Positions 33,801 to 64,000 of a stretch of 64,000 bases of DNA are shown piece by piece. The translations under genes and the position numbers were made by a program. Positions within the stretch are counted from its first letter, which is position 1, and the number at the start of each line of letters is the position of its first letter. The notes under the pieces were generated by a model. The model ran no database searches, was not told the DNA's origin, and worked only from the letters and a program-made list of their open reading frames with translations. This stretch comes from Lingula anatina (lineage: Eukaryota; Animalia; Brachiopoda), in the NCBI GenBank assembly GCA_051362555.1, contig CM120640.1:44866788-44930787 (forward strand). Direction: 5' to 3'.

Positions 33801-36409
33801 TTGTTTGGACCGTACTACGCGTCTCCACCACATTTCCCAATATTACAACTGAGACCAAAAAACTCTAACTGGGACACATTTCTTGTAAACGCGTCTTTCT
33901 CTTACTTATTACTTGGTACAACATAAATAACAAGTCTGTGCATTTACTAACCTTTAATGTAGACAATTCTACATTTACTAAGTAATTCAAAATTCCCGGT
34001 CCTAAACCAGGATGACTAAATTTGTGAAGACGGCGTAATTGTTTACCCTGAACTTCAGGATTTTGAAACAAACTAGTTACATTTTGAGTCTGAGACTGCT
34101 GGCTTGGTTGATTTATTTGTAATATTGGCTTTTAATTTCCGTTCTGTAGCACGTTATTGCTTACGGTTTTTACACTTATCATTTTGACACTTGGTTTCCT
34201 TTTTCACGTCTCTCAAACGCGCTGAAGTATGTGGATAAAACGACCAGTCGTAAAAGGCATAACATTTAACTTAGGTCAAACACCGAAAACCGAAACATCC
34301 GGAAATAATCAAATTATTGCCGAATCATTAGATCATTTGGGATAAAATCCTAGTCTAAAAAAATCTGATTTCGATCGGTAGAGACCTGCGGCATTTCATT
34401 TTATTCATTCAGTTAGTCAGTCAGTCATTCATTCGTAATTTCAATATTAACTTTATCTGTGCACAAGTCGGGTTGTTTCTCTGTACTAGCTTGATGCTTT
34501 ACGAACACCAAAGAGTAAAAAAAAAAAAAAAAAAAAAAAAAAACATCAGTATCTGATAAATGTACCAAAAAACGTTTAGCAAAGTGCACTGCGTTAATAG
34601 ACTTCTATCGTGCATTTTTTTCTTTAGTGAAACCTGACGATAAGACCTTTGAACTAATCAAAAGTAATAATCACCAAACAGCATGAAGCTAAAATCCGTA
34701 TTTAGTGCACGAGGACACGTGTCCTGTACTTTGCACCAGAAGCCCTTCTTGGTTGAAGGACCGATTTTGTAACAGCCCGGCCGATTTGGTAACAGATAGA
34801 AGAGCCTCTGACAGAGATTTTGTGCCCTGCATGCCCGCCAACGCCCTTGTGATTTTTTTCATCATCATCAGCATCTTGCGCGCGAAGTCCTCCATTAAAA
34901 TCAATCATTTTGACTTAAAAAAATGTGATTGGGGCATCTCACGCTACAAAAATTGGCTTATCCATCAATTTTCTCGCAAGCATGCAGACCACAAAAGTCG
35001 TAAAGAGGCCTTATTTCAGCCAGGGTTATTCTCAGGTCTTAGTTTCCGTTGTCACCGATATTGAATGTTATTAAAGAAGGGAATGAGAGAAAAGGCATCG
35101 ATGGCCCTGTTGTTTTGAGAACAAGTACGGAATTCTATTAAAAACTTATTTTTTAACCATTAAAAGATGTTTGTTTTAAACACTAGATTTGGAGACCTAC
35201 GAAGCAAATAACTAATTTAAATGATACGAGTAGATACCGGTAGGACTAATTACCCAGGAAATTGGCCCACAGATTTATCTTTTTGGGTATGTTAACGACT
35301 TTGATAACAGTAGAGATGCTAGTTTCTCAGACAGAGAAGAGTATAAGGCCCTATGTAGAGGGAAATCATAGCTTTGGATTTATTGGAAAATGTTTCGCAT
35401 TCGATGGTCTTGCAGTCTGAAGATCACCTACTTCAAGGTATCTTTGCATTCGAGTATTCTTTCAATCCACTAAGCTTAAATAAGCCTAAATGCAAAGGTC
35501 CTGAGTTTTTGTCTTAAATGTAAGCACTTAACTAATTTAAAGCTATAAGAACTGATCAAGTATGAAAATCATCGTGTTGTTTTGTTCATGTCGTACTTGA
35601 TCATTTTGGAGTCTCCGTCAGTTTATTCAACTTAAGACAACTAGGTTTTCAGGTGCTCTTATGAAGAATATGCACTTGCAGTGTAGAAAAGAAAAAAAAG
35701 GGTCTTAAAAATGAGTGGTAAACTGGCATTCCTGTGACGCCTTAAAACCTGCCACTACATAAAAGCCCTACCAGAGTACATAGAAATAAATTAATATAAA
35801 ATAAATAATAGGCTAGAGAAACCTAACATAAAACAAAAATAGAATAGGCCCTAATGCATAGGCCTATAGGGCCTACATAAAAATTATTTCACATAATTAC
35901 TTTGTCTCATTGTCTTTTTTTTTTTTTTTTTTTTGTATTAAATTTAATGGCATTAAATTTAATACACAAAAGAGAGAACGAACCAAAGATAATTAACTGA
36001 AGAAGTGTAGGCCCCAACTGGGGTAGGCCTACATGTAGGCCCTAGGATTAGGCCTACGTGTACAGTAGGCCTACTTGTGCAAGAGAATAGAATTAAAAAT
36101 CCGATCGCCACGTGTTACATAATGGGGAATGGTAACGTTCTTGTTCACCAACGGCTAACTTCAGACTAACATCGTTATGAATTCTTAGAGGATACAGATG
36201 TCAGAAAAATCTTTAATATGGAATATGCACAGTGTTAGGCCTAGCCACCTCTCTTTTCAACTTCACATTCAGGTATTTAAACGGGTAAAATCGCGTCATA
36301 CAGCAAACGCATTGTAAAATTTTCATTTCTATCATGATTTAAATTAGCCGTAGCAAATATCACTAGGTATTTGTTTGATTTTTCGTCTGGATATTAATAA
36401 ACGTTACTT

Positions 36410-36561
36410 TACTTTTACCGGCGTCTTCAGCACGTTGGCAGCAATTTCCGGGCTTATCGGTGCATAGTTGTTTACCTTTTTCAACATGTCTACCGTGGGT
36501 GGAATGTTTTCGGCGATTCTATTAAAATTGGATTTTTCGAAATAATTGTGGAGCCAGTAAG
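36410..36561 (+). promoter_or_regulatory. Probable SYNRG promoter and non-coding first exon
   Basis: Last CpG-rich patch before the CpG-poor gene body; ETS-like TTCCGG at 36446; donor-like TAAG/gtaata at 36561; next strong acceptor at 37724 precedes the ATG. Confidence 0.5.
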
Positions 36562-37769
36562 GTAATATTACGTTTAACATATTGTTCCTTATCAATGTAC
36601 TGGTTGATAACAATTTACGCACTAAATTTACTTGCGATTTCTTAACGAAGGGCTATGCTCCATGACCTAGTGTCGATCAAGTCATCCGACCACAGTTCTA
36701 ACTCTGTGCACATAGACAGTAATGAACAAATAAGAGACCATCATTAACATGTAGTTATATGCCAAGTGTAAATGACATTTAAACAATTTTAAACTTTCTG
36801 TAAAATCCAAGGCTCTGGAACTTTGTTGCTGTCTGTCATAGACTAGTGACATGTATTATGACAGTGACATGGCAGTTTATCATTCTTGTGTAAGAAAAAA
36901 GCCGTTGGTATGATTGTACTTTACATTCAGAGGGTATAATGATGTGTATAAGATAACATCTGGAAAGTGGTCACAAAATGGGCAGCACCCATGATCTGAC
37001 TTAAGCATGGAAATTCATGCGTTCACACTTTTAAGACCTATTTACATTTGCTGATATGTATGATATGAGCTAAATCATGAGAGATATAGGTACAGATAAC
37101 TGTACAATGATGTCTAGCTGCGGGTGTACTCAAATTTTTTGCCGACTTCTCACTGCCTCAAGTGGCACACTGCTAAAAGCCAACCACCTCTACCGACAAC
37201 GACATTGTGTGTAAATTATGTCATGGTGAAGTTGAACAACCATTTAAGATGGGCATGAACAGAGTTCATGATACCTAAATTAGGGTGCTAAGCTAACCTG
37301 ACCATGGTAACCTGACCAGAGACGCTAGGATAAGTGTGTATTTTCTAATTAAAATACCCTTTTCATTGTCTTCCCACATAGAATTCCATTTCCAAAGGTA
37401 AAATAATGTCAAAGAAAAAAATTACTCTAAGAAGCAAGTTAATGCAATTTTTTATACTGATAAGATTAGAATAACATATCCCTAGTTGACAGTGGTAGAT
37501 TTAAAACACTTCCACACACACACACACACACATACATACATGCACCCACGCACACATGCATGCACGCACGCATGTACACAAGCATACACACATGTATACA
37601 CATGCAAAGAAAGAAATTAGGAAAGTAAATTTGCAGTTACCTCTATCAGAGTGGCTGTATGATGACATGGGACATTGTATAATGAGCAATCTCAACCTCA
37701 CTTTTCTTTTTTCTGTATTTTCAGATATATAATAGAGCAGCAATATTTCTACAGTAGACCACAAACACA

Positions 37770-62412
<24,643 letters not shown>

Positions 62413-63322
62413 GGAGGGAAGAAAGCATAGCCGTAATTATGTATCTATATGTGATGATGAGGGAGAAGCAACAGCCAAGGAGATTCATGAACATTTTTTA
62501 TAATCAGGAGCCTAGTCACCTTCATGCATGTTTTAGTTATGCCATAAATATTATTGAAATATTTGAATATGTAATTTTAATGATTAAAATTAATTTTGTT
62601 AGGATAAGAAAATCATGTGTGTGCATATTTTTGCTTTACTTTTGGCAAAATGCTCAAATGTGCATAAAAAGCTATACTACACTTTAGCTTCTGCAAATCT
62701 AAAATATAGGAATGATTATGAGAATTTGGCAGTTTTTTCCACCTGATCTTGATGGTGCAACCCCTACATTCCAGTTTGATCAATAATTTGTATATTAGCC
62801 TGTGTCAAATGGATGAAACTGATTCTTCTTTGGAAGTTGGAACCAATCTTTTGGGAAGTAATTTGAGTGAAATGTGGTAACAGTTAGCTGTGAGAATAAA
62901 CTTTTGATCTGATATTTTCAATTTAATTATAATTCTTTAGATTATGTGAAAAGGAAGAACTTTTGAGGCAAAATGTGTGCGCTTAAGTCTGGCCGTGCAT
63001 TATATGTGTGGTAACAGTATTACACTTTATAACAGTCATTGGTTTTAATGACACTATTAGGTTCTAATTATTGAACATGACCAGCATCTAAATACAGTTT
63101 TAATAATTTACTAAGTTCTAATATTATACTAAGTTCTAATATTAGAACTAGATCCTAGTTTACCAACTTGAGTTTTTGCATTGTTTTTGTTGTATCATTT
63201 AACACCCTTACCTGGTCTCTACACAAGTCACATTGGAGTCCTGCTCTTCCTGGTTTCAGATATCGATTGGTCCACATTTGTGGTATGATCAAAAGTATGG
63301 GTGCAAATCAGATGTATGTTTC

Positions 63323-63420
63323 AATAAATGAAAAAAACGTGCAATATGTAATTAAGTGTTAATTTATGTCAGTATGTTTTAGATTGTTTTGTGATATATG
63401 GGTCCAAGCTTCAGTAATAA
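63323..63420 (+). terminator. Candidate SYNRG polyadenylation signals
   Basis: AATAAA at 63323 and 63415 (another at 62895), the last followed by GU-rich sequence. Confidence 0.5.
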
Positions 63421-64000
63421 ACATGTTGTTATTGAAATGTTTTGGTTATTTGCATTATTCTCTGTGATTGAACAGACGACTATTTGATCACAATTTCCCC
63501 TTATATCTTAATATACCTGAGAATTGAAGTAATACAAATGTAATCAATCTTATTCACTTTTATTTCAATTTTCCCCCATCTCTCTTTAATATACAAATAA
63601 TATTTATATTTACACATATATACACTTTAAACACTAAAGTTTATAGATATTATATACATATTTACATGCATAGACATATTTCTATAACACTAATTACTGT
63701 TATTAACTGTAAACTAATTTCAGGAAAGTAAGGAGTCCATTCTATTCGTGAAATTAGAAATAAGTCACTTCTTGCGCAAAAAAAGGCGTTGATTTAACCA
63801 GGTGTTAGAGATTCACACACAGACTAATTTCTTTTAAATGAAGATTGTTTCCTGAGGCCAAGAGTTGGTTGGTGTGTAAGTTAGACTGGTACTTGGAAGT
63901 TTAACAAGGTGTTTCCACTTCTTCTTCGCTCTCTAGAAAAAAATGGGTTATTATGAAGCACGTATATATTTACAATAAATACAATACCACACCTTGCTCA

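Noticed and set aside
34689-35064. Overlapping ORFs (68-119 aa) in a CpG-rich patch
   Set aside because: Non-ATG starts, no recognisable domain and no convincing splice or 3' signals; more likely regulatory or repeat sequence.

Overview
AT-rich eukaryotic (metazoan) genomic DNA, most likely a marine invertebrate such as a mollusc or other lophotrochozoan; this is inferred from SINE/MITE style and mosaic CpG depletion. It holds three recognisable protein-coding genes: the 3' ten exons of a WDCP (C2orf44) orthologue (+, 833-11813), a single-coding-exon GPR161-like class A GPCR (-, 24622-26214), and a complete 18-coding-exon synergin gamma gene (SYNRG, +, 37770-62412, about 1447 aa). All exon boundaries were checked by hand for splice dinucleotides and frame. 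There are also MITEs, a tRNA-derived SINE, a LINE 3' fragment and long microsatellites. The most striking unexplained structure is a compact intronless gene nested antisense in a WDCP intron (about 2554-3360, - strand). It has a dense CAGGTAG/TGACA motif cluster, a TATA box with a correctly spaced Inr-like site, a 110-aa NON-histone ORF, and a replication-dependent-histone-type 3' end (GGTCCT-TATC-AGGACC stem-loop, ACCCA, then a CAAGAAAAG downstream element) instead of a poly(A) signal. Gene names rest on remembered similarity to human proteins, not on database searches.
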